Positions 27,201 through 42,200 of a stretch of DNA of 64,000 bases are shown one piece after another. The stretch comes from Tubiluchus corallicola (lineage: Eukaryota; Animalia; Priapulida): NCBI GenBank assembly GCA_030141605.1, contig JAQGDQ010000024.1, positions 1,054,001-1,118,000 on the forward strand, written 5' to 3'. The position numbers and the translations under genes are program-made. How positions within the stretch are numbered: position 1 is the first letter of the stretch; each line of letters begins with the position of its first letter. The notes under the pieces are model-generated. The model saw only the letters and a program-made list of their open reading frames with translations, ran no database searches and was not told where the DNA came from.

Positions 27201-30200
27201 GGAGCTAATTCATCTGAAAATTCAATAAGAAATAAGTCAAAAACATAAAGGCATTAAACTGCATAAACTACAAAAATGATTATAATACATGATCATGTCT
27301 AAAGACTAACTCTACCGAATTGCTAGGAAAACTTGCTTCATAAAACAGGGTTCAAAGAGTTATTTTCAAGCTGATATTTTTAACAAATGCTATCAAATAT
27401 TAAGAGAGTTTTTAGAATGTAACTTATCTTGGACTGCATGTTAATGCCCATAACAAAATCATCTCTTGTTAATAAATACCAGCTCAGGAACTTGGTATTT
27501 GATTGAGTGCCGCTAGAGATGATGTGACTTGAGTTCAATTTTACAATCATCTTCCATGCATGCCTTTTATTTCAAAAGCGGACATTGTAGTACAGTGCGG
27601 CTGTGTGACAAAACTATTGAAGTACAAAAACTTTGAAGCACTTTCAGGTTCACAATGATTTCAAGTTCATTGCTGCGCTAATGCATGACTTAGCGATGTA
27701 CTACCCTGACATTACGTCGAAATGCACGGATATTGTTACGCATTTAAGTACATATGTATGGCTGCAAAAACCTTCAAAAACATTATTTGGACTCAGATAT
27801 TTTAAACCAGAATTAACTATAAGTTAAGGTATAAAACAAATCAAATTTTATTACGTTACGTAAGTTACCAAAATCCTACAAATTCTAGAATAACTAGAAT
27901 AATCTCACCCCAATAATACTCATATTTTGTGCAATTAAGCCACTGAATCAAACTTACCAAATTGGGTACTGCTATGTGCAAACTCACTAAATGGTCCGTA
28001 ACCCAGCGGGCCAATGATTCGCACTTGGAATATGTAGTCTTCACATGCATCTAGGTGATTTAACGACGATTTCGTATCAAAAGTACTAATGCGAATTCCT
28101 TTTTCTTGAAGATTCAGAAAACTGGTACCTGCAAAGATATTAATAAGAGTGAGCATTACAAATATTGCGAAATCAATTATGATGAGGACGATGATGATGA
28201 TGTTGATGATGATGATAACGATAATGAAGATGCTGCTGACTATAATGCAAATGAGGACTGATCGGAAATGTAGTTGTCTTCATTACTACAAATAGGTGCA
28301 AAGTAAGCCATAAAATACGGCAAAATATAAAAATCAGCCATAATAAATACTGTTAATACTTTCAATAATAATTTAAGCAATTGATTGAATAAAAGTATGC
28401 AGTGAAATATTTTTATTTCCAGTTTTTGAACAACTTTATATCTTGAGAAGAAACAAAAATATTAGCATTTGTAAATTTTGTAAAGAAAAAATAAATATAT
28501 AAAAAATATATGTATAATGCCTTTTAGTACCCAAGCAAATAAAAACTGCCAAAAGAACAGACATTTAATAGAAAAAAATAAAAAAGCAAACAAATAAACA
28601 AATAAAAGGCTCACCATAATAGATGCCATACTTCCACTGCTGTGATCTAGGGTCAGTTGGTTTCTCCCAGGATAACATGATTTTCCTCCCAGTAATCCAT
28701 ACAGCTTTTATGTTTGTAGGCTGACTTAACCTCTCACCTACATAAAATTATTTAAACATAGAGGATTAGTGTGCCCTTCAATCCCATTTTATACAAACTT
28801 TCACCTACAAAACTAACTTCGGAACTGACTGATGGGGCCATTAAGAAAAACTTGCTATTAAACAAGTCAGTGTGATACAAAAAACAGTCTGTTTTAACGG
28901 ACCAACTGTATTGGCTGAACATTTTCTAGTAAAAAAGTTTTTATTTTTTAATAAAAAGTGTACATTTTCATTCTTTCTTACCTGGTGTAGTAATCTTAAC
29001 ATGACTAGGTGGCCCTTTTATCGTGTTTCCATCATTAAAGGTTTTGTACCCGTGAACGTCAAATACATAATATGCTCCTGGTGATAATCCATCAACTGAA
29101 ACAAATAACAACAAAGTAAAAGTACTCAGCCTGCTAGTGCAAAACAAAAGTGATGTGTGATTGCAAAATTAAAAAAATTCCACAATATCAAGATGATATT
29201 TTCTACACACATGATAGACATTCATTATTTTTGGAACAGAAATCGAAACTGGGAACCTGTCATAGCAAAATTTTATTTGAACATGAATTCCCGAAAAATG
29301 TGTTTGGAAAAATATTGGTTCACGGTGATTATTTTTGCAACCCATTCCAATTTCCCCGACTTTTGTCCCATTTTCCCTGACTTTTTACAAAATTATCTTT
29401 TTCCCTGACTTTTCCGTGACTTTCCAGGACAGCCTGTATTTTCAAGGATTTTCCCTGACTGTGGGAACCATGGTCGTATTTATTTAAGTGAGTTAACTGG
29501 GACCACTGAAGTCAAAATTCAAATATTCTCATACTAATCTGTTACAACAGTGGTTTAGTCAAAATCAGCTTAATCAGAGCTAGGTTAGTCATAAAACGAT
29601 TTGACGATGTTCAAAAATTCCAACAGAATTTTAAAAATTGTGGGTTCAAATGTTAATGTACAAGTTTAAGCTTTTAATTTTGATCACAGAAAAATGCTCT
29701 TTCATACCAGGTGGTACAGTTGAAATTTCAATGCTAACAAGTTCTGTCTCAAGGCTAGTTAAGATTTCTAAAAAAACATATACTTACAAAAGTATTACAT
29801 AATCAAAAAACAGGGTTTAGTAGATTTCACTAGTAAAATTTTACATTATGTTGGACATTTTGTCCATTGATGTTCTTTATTCTTTCCACAAGGTGTGATG
29901 TGGCCATACGACTAATTACAAGAAATTCAGGTAATACGTTACCAATGAAATTTGTTGCCGTTGTTGTGTTCTCGTACTGCCTATCCAGACTGTAATGAAT
30001 TTGATATCCATCGACCTGGCTCTCTAGCGCTTTCCAGTTTAGTTGCACTGATCTAAATTATAAATATAAAAGTTAAAATATTCTGTAAATGGAAAAAAAA
30101 TTAACGTGTGCTGGAAAAATTTACAGGAAGCCTTGATGCAATAACTTGCTGATGCATAAATCCCACTAGTAATAAGATCACCACTAGCCTACTAGCTTCT

Positions 30201-33200
30201 TGCAACAACGTGCCCACTTTGTTTGATAGCGAGTATTCAGTATTCAGTTAGTTGTGGCATTACATCCGTCACTGATCAGCAAATCAAGGGCAGCACCTAC
30301 TTCTGTCACTACACGCTCATTGAACAACAGTTTAGTGATTAAACAGCGACGTCAATAATTGAAAGTAAATTATCATCACTCAGTCTGCAGACTGTTCTCA
30401 TTGTCATGCACTTTAGCTTCACAGATCGTGCAACCATAAATTGGTAAAAAAAAAAACAGCAAGCATGTGAGAGGTTTTAGTGTTATGAAAATGTTAAATA
30501 TGAACCTTAAAACCATCAACTTATCAATTTCTTACCGATTGTTATTTGTAAGAATGCTTGCAGTCAGGTCTTGAACTTTTCCTATTGCAGCATGTCCAAG
30601 TTTGTAGCTGACGTTCTCTGACTTCAGCCCTTCGCAAGCAGGCATCCCAGGAGGAGGAACTGTCTCAGCAGAAACCTATTTCAAATTTCATTTTGAAGAT
30701 AAAATGAGCAGTTTAGTTTAAAATGTAAAAAAAAAACAAAATATACGATGTGCTATATACCAATAGATAACATATAGGCACAATGTACTGTATGGAGTAC
30801 ATATCCAAAAACACAGATTTATTGGGAATTTTAACAAGCCAGCTATCTGAGTACTCTCTCTAAATTACAGGAGGTTAAATATGAAGCGATCCTTCCAACA
30901 TAATAGATATTTGAAAAAATGACAAAATAGTCCCAGTATTATCAAACACAATATAAAATTATGAATAATTCACTTTTCATTACTTTCATCAACAATTACC
31001 TGTAGTGTGTAAGTCTTGTCTTTGTCTAAATGGCGAATGTACATGTACGTTTCCTGACCTCGAGTTTTTTTAATCACTGGATACTCAGGTGGAGAAATGT
31101 ACACCTGTAATAAAGCATTATTGAGCACATACACACACAAAATATTATTGTCAATTATGTCGCTCAATACTGACTACTGCGCAACATACATGTGGTGACT
31201 TATATAATACATGCTTGATCTCTTTTGATAAGAAGTTAGCATGACAAATTCTGTCAGAAGTAACCAAAAGCAAGCAAGAATTCGACTTGCTGTAAAGGAT
31301 AACATAGGTTTAGGCATTAGCATCATTCTCATAGAAGTGAAAGCAACAAATTTGTCAATCAGTAAGTCTCTACACTCTAACAAATGTATAATATTATCTA
31401 TTCCATTGTAGAAGCAAACTTAAGAGTAAGATACAATGAATTTAGGATTTCACTTAGTTTGTAAACAATTGGTAATTAAAATCAGGAATTTTTATTTTTC
31501 ATTAGCACACATGAATATCAAACTCCATATTTTCTATTTTCTGTATAGTGTTTTGTTTTTTTCCTGTCCGTGTGCATTAGCCAACAGCTTCCTTGCATAT
31601 TCTCATAATGTTTATACAAAAGCCGAGTACTGATTTTTAAGATTTTAAGATTTTAAGACTGCGCGCTATTTTCCAAGTAACTATTCAAAGCATTAATGCC
31701 AATAGCATTTGTGTTTCACTTTCAAAGAAAAAATCTTGAAAAGCATTATTTTTGTACCTTGTAATCCTGAATAATTCCATTTGGAACAAGAGGTGGTCTC
31801 CACTTCAACATGAGTATATTCGGTCTTTCTTCGCTGTGACTAACAGTTACATTAATAGGTGCACTAGGGCCTGAAAATAACAAAGTTCACTTAACATACT
31901 ACGTACAAAAACCACCAAAAAATTGTATTCATAATGTCAACATTTTTCGTACATGAATTTTTGTCAAAAAATGGAAATACTATATTTATATAACTAATTA
32001 CTACATTTATATGAGACATAAGCCATCAGAAGAAAATTGTCACAAACTTTAGCAATTTGGAAAGTAAAATTTTTTAATACCTGACTAAAGCTTACTACTC
32101 TCATTTTCAAACTATTTAAATTTTTGTTTGCATTTGGTTTTCCCAAATCAATTCGTCTTCCAAACATAAAGAGATACTGTTCACTTAGCAACAGATAAAA
32201 GCAATACACACAAAAGTGATGTCACCAGTGGCAGCTCTTGTATAGGTAATGTGGAACTGCAGCACCCCCTATTTTCACTCAATATTATCGATAATATTCC
32301 ATATAATAAATCTTTTTTCTTTAGTTTTCTTTATACTTGTACGGAACCAGAGCATGTGAGGGTAGTATTGTTTGCTTCACAGCCCAAGCACAGTGTGCTT
32401 CAGCAATGCAGTGTTTGGCTGTTGTGTGCATGCGCACATGTTTGAGTCCAGGTAAATATAGTACTGTCACTCACACAGTTTGTTGTTAGTTGTCCCGTGC
32501 CTACTGTGAATATATCAAGCTTGAACTGCGACAATTTAGGCTATTAGTAAGCAAAACATATTTTTGTTCAGGATTTTATCAAGTTTCGGTATAAATTTTT
32601 GTACGTTTGCTTATTTAAAATTACAATTAGAAATTACAACATTAAAATTACACAGTTTTTATGTTCGTTTCGTTTTATAAAGTATTAAAACAATGTGTAA
32701 AAATTATCTGGAGCAGCACCCCCACTAAGTTTAACCACGAGCTGCCACTGGATAGCAAGTGTTATTTCTAACAATACATACACCCAGAAGATGTTCTGAC
32801 ACGCAAGGGCGGTAAAGTCGGTGCAGACAACAAAGTAAAGGCATTTTTAGTTAAAGTCACAGAAATTGTGACTTCATACATCGTATTTGCATGGAGATTG
32901 GTAAAGTTGTAAGTACAGCAGACATCTACGGCAGACATATTCTGCCATACATTGTTGCTACCTTTAACCCTATAAAATAAAAATTAAACAACATAAAAAA
33001 CATGTAATAGCCATTTACTGTAAAGCGCTGTTAATGTTAATGAACAAAAAGTTGCAACAAAGCCAATGTATTAATCAACAAAGTGCATTTTTCCCTTTTA
33101 AATTCACAGCGATTTTGTGATTAAAGCAAAACTTAAGGAAAACTTACATACATGTGCAAAAATCTGCAAAACAAGCAAAAGGCTCAGACACAAGTGATTA

Positions 33201-36200
33201 ACAAAAGTAATTCAAAGGAAAGGTTAGACAACAATGTTTTACCTGTACATTGGTACGTAAGATACATTTATAAGACCTGTGTTCAATGGCGGGTCCCACA
33301 AGATTGCAAAACTGCTACTCCTTAAGCTTTTGGGGTCCAGTTCCATGTTACGAACAAACGCTGCAGCTGAAAATTTGAAATAAAAAAGCATGACGTATTG
33401 TAACTTATGTAATGCTAACTACACAATGTTATATGACTACACAATGTCTATTATTTATTGATCAGGTGATTAGTTGAGCTAAGTGTTTAGAACTCGAGCA
33501 CAAGTTTGAATTGAAAAGTAAGCAGATCACTAAACGAGTTCAGAAAAAATGTGTACTCTTACTGAACCATTTTTCCACATGGGAATACAAAGATCTACTA
33601 CCAGTGCCCCATTCGATCCTACCCTTGTGGTCCAGTGTGCCTAACATTTCATAACATATTCCAAGACTAACTATAACGATACAACTAGATTATTGTTACA
33701 CAAAAAAACAACAAAACTCAAACGTATTACATATTTGCTGAGCATCATAAGCACAAGTATAAAGTGATTAAACTAAAAAAATTCGACGAAAAATTACCAT
33801 GACTGCACTCATCCTGCTGTTCATCACTGCCATCAGCGCAGTTTGTGTGATTATCACACCAATACCTAAATTCCAAACATTCAGATTGATCATGGCAAGG
33901 CTTTTCTCCTAGAGGGCACATCTTAGGTGGATTTGGTGTCGTCGTGTTCATATTGGCTGTTAAAAAATAAAAATGTTGACAATATAGTTTGAATTGACAA
34001 TTTTTGCTTAACTGCCGTATAACAAGATTTTTTGTAATGTTTCTTTCACAGTAACAGTAGGTTACCAATGCAAATAAATTATCTCTTTGTCAAAATTCAG
34101 GATTAGAAACATTGCAAGAGCTTTATTTTTGATGCATTTCAAAATTTCACATTGTTTCTATGTATTTTATACTTTCAAGTAAAAGTCCGTGAATTTATCT
34201 TAGTAAAACATAATTACTGCCACAGTACAATCCTACAGCCCGCACTATGCAACATGTATGTCTAATGAACAGTTTCAAAGTTTTAATATGAAAAATAGTA
34301 CTTATTATCTTTCCCGTAATTGTGGTCCTTGATCCCATATGTTGCTAACAAGGAGCAATTTTTACGTTACACCTCCAAAGCTTATTACTGAAAAGCTATG
34401 CAAGAATAAAACACTGTAATTGTGGCTGTAGAATTTTATCTTATACTTACAACAGAACATTTCATCACTGCCATCAATGCAGTTTTTATGCCTATCACAC
34501 AACATAGACAGTGACAGACATCCAGCACTAAATAAGCATGGAAACTCATCACCAGTTTCAAAGTTTTTACATGAAAAATAGTACTTATTATCTTTCCCGT
34601 AATTGTGGTCCTTGATCCCATATGTTGCTAACAAGGAGCAATTTTTACGTTACATCTCCAAAGCTTATTACTGAAAAGCTATGCAAGAATAAAACACTGT
34701 AATTTTGGCTGTAGAATTTTATCTTATACTTACAACAGAACATTTCATCACTGCCATCAATGCAGTTTTTATGCCCATCACACAACATAGACAGTGACAG
34801 ACATCCAGCACTAAATAAGCATGGAAACTCATCACCATGACACTGGCCGCCCTCTAGAATCATTACAAAAACATTAGAAGTAGATCTCAGTAATTACAGT
34901 AATGTACAAATTGAAATGCACTTAAAACACTAGTAAAAATAGCTTGCTTTACGTTAAAGAAAGACAGGAGGATTTTTCATACCCCATTTTCAAGTCCGAT
35001 AAAAAGTATACATTTTATCACATTAATACTGCAAAAGCGTTTCCGATAATAGATTAAGATCTTAATTAACGGCAGGTGAGCCCAACTATTGCGCCCTACA
35101 GTGCCTGTTTTCTTGTGCAATGCGTTTCCGAAATGCAGTGCCCATCTAACCAGCGAATGGTGAAATGCACGTAACAGCGAATAACGAATGGCGCTAATGC
35201 GAAATTGTGAGGTAATAATTCATTCATGCAAGTCATTTTTGAAAAAATAGTGTATTTCATTTCAATATTTTAGATAATACATTGTTTTGACGTACAGGTT
35301 AAGATTGGGTCCGATTTTGCTTTAAGTATCTTTAACGGCTAATTCCGACTGAATGTACAAGCATACAAACAACAACAACATTTTCATGATATAATATATG
35401 TGTATTACTAAAACATTACAAATAACTTAAACTGTAAATTGAGAATTACAAACTAACAAATTAGAGCAGAATACCCGGACAATCTTTTTCATCTTCTCCA
35501 TTCTGGCAGTCTTCTTCGCCATCACACACAAATGCACCCAGAATGCACTGAGGTGAACTGCCCAGCTGGCATTGAAAATTCATTGGGCTGCATGTACCTG
35601 ACGTGGTCGGTTTAGATGTTGTCTACAAGCGAAACAAGGTTTTGTTCTGGTAAAAACCACTAAAGCAGTTCTAATGCTTGAGCAGTTCTAAGAAACTTTA
35701 AATAATTATTTTATCACCCATATTTTTAAAGATTTCGTACATAATACTCCATCACATTATTATTACACTTAAAGTTTTGGCAAAAGTCACAAAGTGTCGC
35801 TCTAGCATTATGTAATTTACGTAAAACAGCAGCCCAAAGAAATTTATTTAGAGTTGTGAGTACAAATGATTTGAAACTTACAACTTAGGGTGTGTGCTGC
35901 CCCCTAAACCATGTTTTTAACGGTATTTACAAATTATTTCTATAAATTGTAAATGCAAAACTAATTGTATGACTATACCACATGTGCAGACCTAGCTATA
36001 TAGAGTTTTACCATATGTGAAACACCATACAGCTAGGGATAGTATAGATTGACACTTTATTATGCATACTATTACTATACACTTACTATACTATTTATTA
36101 TACACTTACCATTTGTGAGGTAGAACATCTGATGTACTCTTCATCACTAGAATCAGGACAGTCAGACACATCATTGCACACATACTGTTGATGAATGCAC

Positions 36201-39200
36201 GTCCCATCTCTGCATTGGAACATGTCTGGAGCACATGTTGCCCCACCCGAGGGCCACTCGGTCGAGGAAGAGCCACACTCTTGTTCATCCGAGTTGTCTC
36301 CGCAGTCATCCACACCATCACACTTCCAGAAAAATGGAATACAATGGCCAGACTTCAAGCAACGAAACTCCCGATGTGAACAACTGGTAGAAGCCACTGT
36401 CGATGAGGTTGTTGGAACAGTAGCAGTGCAGTTGGCCTCGTCACTGTTGTCATGACAATCATCTTCTCCATCGCACACCCAGGAACTGTAGATGCAACGC
36501 TTATTATTGCACTGAAACTGAAAGTCTCGACAAACAATTTGACTGCAGTTGGCTTCGTCACTAAAATCTCCGCAGTCGTTGTCACCATCACATCTCCACG
36601 AAAATGGGATACAGCGACCTACATCACAGCAACACGTGAATAATTCACACATCAACAGTATCAACAACATGTTAACTATGCAAACTCTTATTAACTCTTA
36701 CTCTCACACATGCTACCATCAACACAAAAATAAAAATTCTAACAAATCTTATCTAAAAAATTACCCGTGTTATTCGAGCATTGAAACTGATTGGCTGAAC
36801 ACTGTTCGGGTGGTCCTTCTGTAGTCGACTGTTCCACTGTGCAACCTTTCTCATCAGACCCATCCGGACAATCCTCATCAAAATCACAATACCAAGAAAT
36901 TGTTATACACCTGTAACAATGCACATCAAATTCTATTAAGGGTGAATTCTTTTTAATGATTTTCCCCGATAATAAATGAAAAAATTTCATGTAAAAATTT
37001 AACATTTTGCACAAACGCTAATAGTAATGAACGTAACAATACTAAAATACACCATCAATCATATCTGCAGATTAATGCATTGCTATCAAACCTCTTAAAA
37101 CACTGTTTACCTTGTCTGTTATTTTTCAAAGTAGAAAAACCATTTTTGCATGCAAGGAATACAAAAAAATGCCAGCAGGGATTCGAAAAGGAAGTCAAAA
37201 AAATAGTTCTGGAAGCTTTGTTCCAAGAATTCAGCACTGGCCAAAATAACGAATCTTGTCTCATTTTGATGAGTCTTGCATTAAATAATTTATGCAAAGC
37301 ATTGGGTTGCTCGCACACCCGTAATGGAAATAAAGGCAAATACAAAAACAAAAGTTATAATAATAATTAATAGTGGCATATTCTATCTTTGCATCAAATT
37401 TCAGTTTCCAAAGCTGCTCTACAAGCCAACCTATGACCCTTTTTCAAAAAACAAAATCCAAAGTCAAAAACAAAAAAGAGATAAACAATTTACAAAAACA
37501 AGAATGACAATAACATCATAAGGAAACAGATCTCTTTGTAGGTCACTTTACGTGTGAGTAACCAAAAATAATTTTAATACTATTGCATACGCAAAAAATA
37601 ATAATACCTTCTACTTGTAACGCATCTAAATTCAGTTGCATTGTGGCATTCATTGGTCGAACAATCCAGTTCATCGCTCATGTCATCGCAGTCGTAATCT
37701 CCGTCACATCTCCATGTTCTCAACAAACACTGACCAGAATCTTCGCATTGAAACTCTGTCAGTGGATCACACTGCCTAGCAGGTTCACACTTGCCATTTG
37801 ATTCCACCTATATAAAGTTTTTCCAAGTTACAACGACTCAAACAATGTCAAATTTCTTAGTTTCTTCTTTTGTCGTCATCACAACTGATGCTTCATCCAA
37901 GCAAAATAATTCCTACAACTATCAAACTAACCGCCATGCACGCAGACAACCAAACAGTACCCGAAAACTCTACAAATATATTCTTCAGGTAAAAAAACAT
38001 TTTAAAGTTCCACATTCAATGCAAAAATTATTTGTCAAAAAGTGCAATGAAAAGCAAAAAGTAGAGCTCGCAAACAGTTCGCATAAAAAACTCTAACACT
38101 TCAAACAATTTTCATGAAAAAAACTCAGCTCACTCTAGATACTAATGGAACAGAAAAAAGTAAAAACCAGTTTGTAATATATATCTATATCAAACTATCA
38201 ATCTATATCAGACGTTCACTATGATGCTTAGAGCTTATTGCAGCGTAAAAATTAAATCAGCTCTACCTAAAATAAATGCCAAGTAAAAGTTTCGGCACTT
38301 TTTCGAAGATTTTTTTCACACTGCAGACAAAGAAAAACTACTGTCAATAAAGACCTACAATTTAAACTCAAAATGTAAACAAATTTATGTGAGTAAAGTA
38401 TCCAAATAAAGTGTTTTCAAATTATTGTGCATGTACTTTCCTAATGAATTCATAGAAACAAAAACGAATACAGTGCCTGCTACAGCAAGCCCTCACTTAT
38501 GACACTTGTGCATTCCAACAAAAGGCAATGTTAAGCAAATCATGGATAAAGGAAGCAGTGACTTCTATCTATAGAAAATGTCAAAACTGTGAGATGCGAA
38601 CCATGGACAAAAATCAATAATTCTTAGTTTATATAAATTAAACATTTTATGGGTTGTATGCATGTTTCTCACTGATTAATTCCTTTCCATTTACATTGAA
38701 GTCATTTACCTTTTATTTACACCTAGCAGTTTCTTTTTCAAGCCGTGCCTCAGCAACAAAGCTATTCAACTGTTCTACTACGACTAACACCCAATGCTGG
38801 TGAACAGTGAATAACTTTCAAGCAAAGGTTAGTTGTTCGCCTTGGATACTACATAAGGAAAACTAAGCCTGGACAGCCAGGCATGGTACAATTTTTTCTT
38901 GACACTGGTTGTTATAGCATTCCTTTGTACAAAGTTCGCAAATGCAATTTATAGAAAAAGTCTGGTATTTAGCAGATTGCTGGGAATAAATGTGGTTTTG
39001 TTACTAGTAGCTTTTCTAGATCAGAACAGTGCAACAAGTAGTGTTTAAGTGCTTCAAGGCTAGATAAAAAATTTGTAGTTACAATGTTTTGGCTCGTTGT
39101 TAAACTTGCATCGTCAAGTGAGAAAAAGGTGTCAAATGTTCGTGTCATTAATACGAAATGTTGCTAAATGGGGAGTTGTTAAGTGAGGATCTACTGTATT

Positions 39201-42200
39201 ATAAAACAATGTGTGAGGACGTACTGTATTATAAAAAAAATGTGTAGTAGAGATGTGCCTTTGGATATCAATTGCTATAATTCAGAAATTATCATTATAA
39301 CTATTACCTGTCCAACAGCACACCTGCACTTCTTATCTTCGCCAAGAGTCATGTTACTTGGACACATACACGTGTGCTTGTTGTCTGGCAAACCCACGCA
39401 TAAGTGCGAGCACAAATCTGTTTTGCGACTACATGCATTCTCACCTAGAAAAAGTACAAACAGTTTTGTTACAGTGACTGAAAAACCTAAAAGTTGGTGA
39501 ATAAATTTACAAAAAGTCTGCTTAATCAGGGCGATGCACTCCAGCAAAGCGCAGTGTGAGTTGACATTCGTTAAAGCCATACAACTCAAAACAATGTAAA
39601 TAAATGAAGAACGGCATCCGACTGAAAAATCAACAAGTTTGGCCAATAAAAAGCAAACTTTGTCATGATATTTATTTACATGTGGTTTTGATTCAACATA
39701 AAAAGTAAGTTTTTATTGCAAAGTCAGACAGCTATCACAACAATCTGAAAGAGAAATTTTGAAGTCAGTTTTGGCAGCAAAACATTAAAATGTCATAATA
39801 TAATTTCAAAGTATATTTTCCAATTTAGGCTTTAACAGATTTTTTTCTGCATAATACTCGCACATTATGTCGTGCTGTCTTTACAATTACGTAAATGCCA
39901 ATGAAGTAACTGAAATGTCTATTGAGCTACTACCTACACATGGATGACAAAATAAGGCAGCGTTTATCTTTTAGGTGATAAATGTGCAGAAATACATGTA
40001 AGTAATTCAGCATCTGGCAGCTTGTCACAAACAAAAGCAAATGTAACAGCAAGTTTACATACACAGGTGTTTTTTTAGAAAAAATACAAGTTAGAAATAT
40101 AAGTAAAGTCAACAATACACTGTTAAAATAAAACAGTCGTAAGATAAAAGAAAAATGGCAAAATTTCTCTTATCATTGAACAAGGTATTGCCCAGCAAAG
40201 ACTAACTACGTAAAATGGTTTCTGAAAAAAACGTTGGAAGCACACAAGTATTATGAGAACTAGTCAGTTGGGTTCAATGAAAGATAGAAATGACTTGCCT
40301 TGTCTGGTATTGTTATCAAACACTTTCATGTCCATTGGACTGCGTATATTTCTTCTAAGGTAACTGACGTCATGAATATCTTTGTTTGCTACAAAGATGG
40401 CTTCCCTGTTCCAGTCATTCCAGTACAGCTTATTCTAAAAATATGACCAGATTATAACACACCCAAGTCAATATTTGATTAAAGATTTAGTTAAAAAATT
40501 GCATCGTATCTAGTGAAATAAATTTCAATTCTTCCTCAAACTAGACATATCATACAGTACGATCATTTTATTTTCAACTAAGATTCACCTTGTGAAGAGC
40601 AATAGCAAATGGATGTGGCGTTTGCTTTCCATGTATGAGTCTTTTAACTCCACTTCCATCCGCGTTACAAGTCAGAATGCTGTCATCATAGGCATCAGTC
40701 CAGTACAACTTTTGTGCAACATAATCAATGGCAAGACCATTTGGCCAGTGTATACCATTACCTTTAACGACAAGACCCACATTTGTACCATCAAGCCAGG
40801 CTTTCATGATGCGCGGACTTTCAGAACTCCAGTCAGTCCAGTACATCCACCTAATGAAATCCACATTTTATTTACTGTCGCGTGTTACAGCAAAATTGAC
40901 CAGCCCATATTAAGAAACCACAACCAGTTCAAAACTAAAATGTTTGAACATAATTTCTGATTAAAGTGATTCTTTTATTACTGCAGTTTATTTAAAACAT
41001 TATACTATCGCTTAATATCCAAGATATGATAACAATATTAACATCAAGAAAGTAACACCATACCCATTTAGTGGATCAAGTACTAATGCTCTAGGCTGGT
41101 CAACATTTGAACTATTGATAACCAAAGCTCGATATCTTTCTTCTGCTATGCCTCGTACTGACACTACCCAAATGCCCTTGTCACGTGAACCCGATTCAAC
41201 CCAGTACAGATTTTTGCTCAACCAATCAAATGCCAGAGCCTCCATAACATCAACAGATGCAGAAACAACCGTTTCTTGTGAGTGATTGCCATCCATGCAC
41301 AACCTCTGTAATGAATGCTCAGTTATACCCAAATTTATATTATATTTAATGAAAATTGAAAAAAGTAGTGAAATGATCATAATTCAAAATCTTTCAGCAA
41401 AATCCCCCATGTTCACTTAATTTACAACATCTTTCATCAGAATTAACTAGCAGAAGAAATATATTCACCAGAATTTTGTTAAGTCGGATATCGGTCCAAT
41501 AAACACAGTTAGTAATGAAGTCATATTCTACAGCGACTGCATCCTCCAGACCAAGAAGAGGCAAGGCAAACGTGGAGTTATCCAGTAAATTAATGCGTAC
41601 AATAGCCGAGCGATTGACGTACAACATAAACTCCTTGACAGCTAAAAATAATTGAATAAAAATAAACTTAACAGACACATATACATTGAGCATGATCATT
41701 AATTCAATGAAACTAACACAGTTTTTGCTGCAAAAAACAGTTGCAATTTAGCTCATAAGTTACACCAGCATTAAGTGACTATATCTCTCCCCCTTTCATC
41801 TTTTGAAGACTTGTACCCTATGATACGGGCAACATTCTAAGATAAGGTTTAAAACTGCACTGTAGACAATTTTTAAGTCAAGGAAAAGAAATGTGATCAT
41901 AAACAGAGAAATATCTGCAAACGCCTGCATGCCAAAATCTACACTGTAAGTAACCATGGGCAACATTTGCTTGAAAACTACTTCAAAATAATTTTCCTTT
42001 TCAAGAAATAGCTAGTTTTTCCTACCTTTTATTTCACAGGGCACTTTGTTTGGACTGTATAATTCTTCATCACCACCTTGGCAAGTATCGCCTGCTACTT
42101 TTCGGTAGCTGAAACAACAGATGAAAAATTTTAGCCAACTTTTTCAACCACATGTTATTGCATGTGGCATAGATGCATGCAGAACTGTTGTACTTTACAG

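Noticed and set aside
28179-28261. Plus-strand GAT-rich tract reading [12 protein letters not shown]...EDAAD, resembling the IFT46 acidic exon
   Set aside because: No splice sites or extended ORF; a degenerate trinucleotide repeat in a SORL1 intron.
36106-36824. Overlapping ORFs in other frames over the large LDLa exon (also at 23097-23655 and 40592-40960)
   Set aside because: Shadow ORFs of real coding exons with higher GC.
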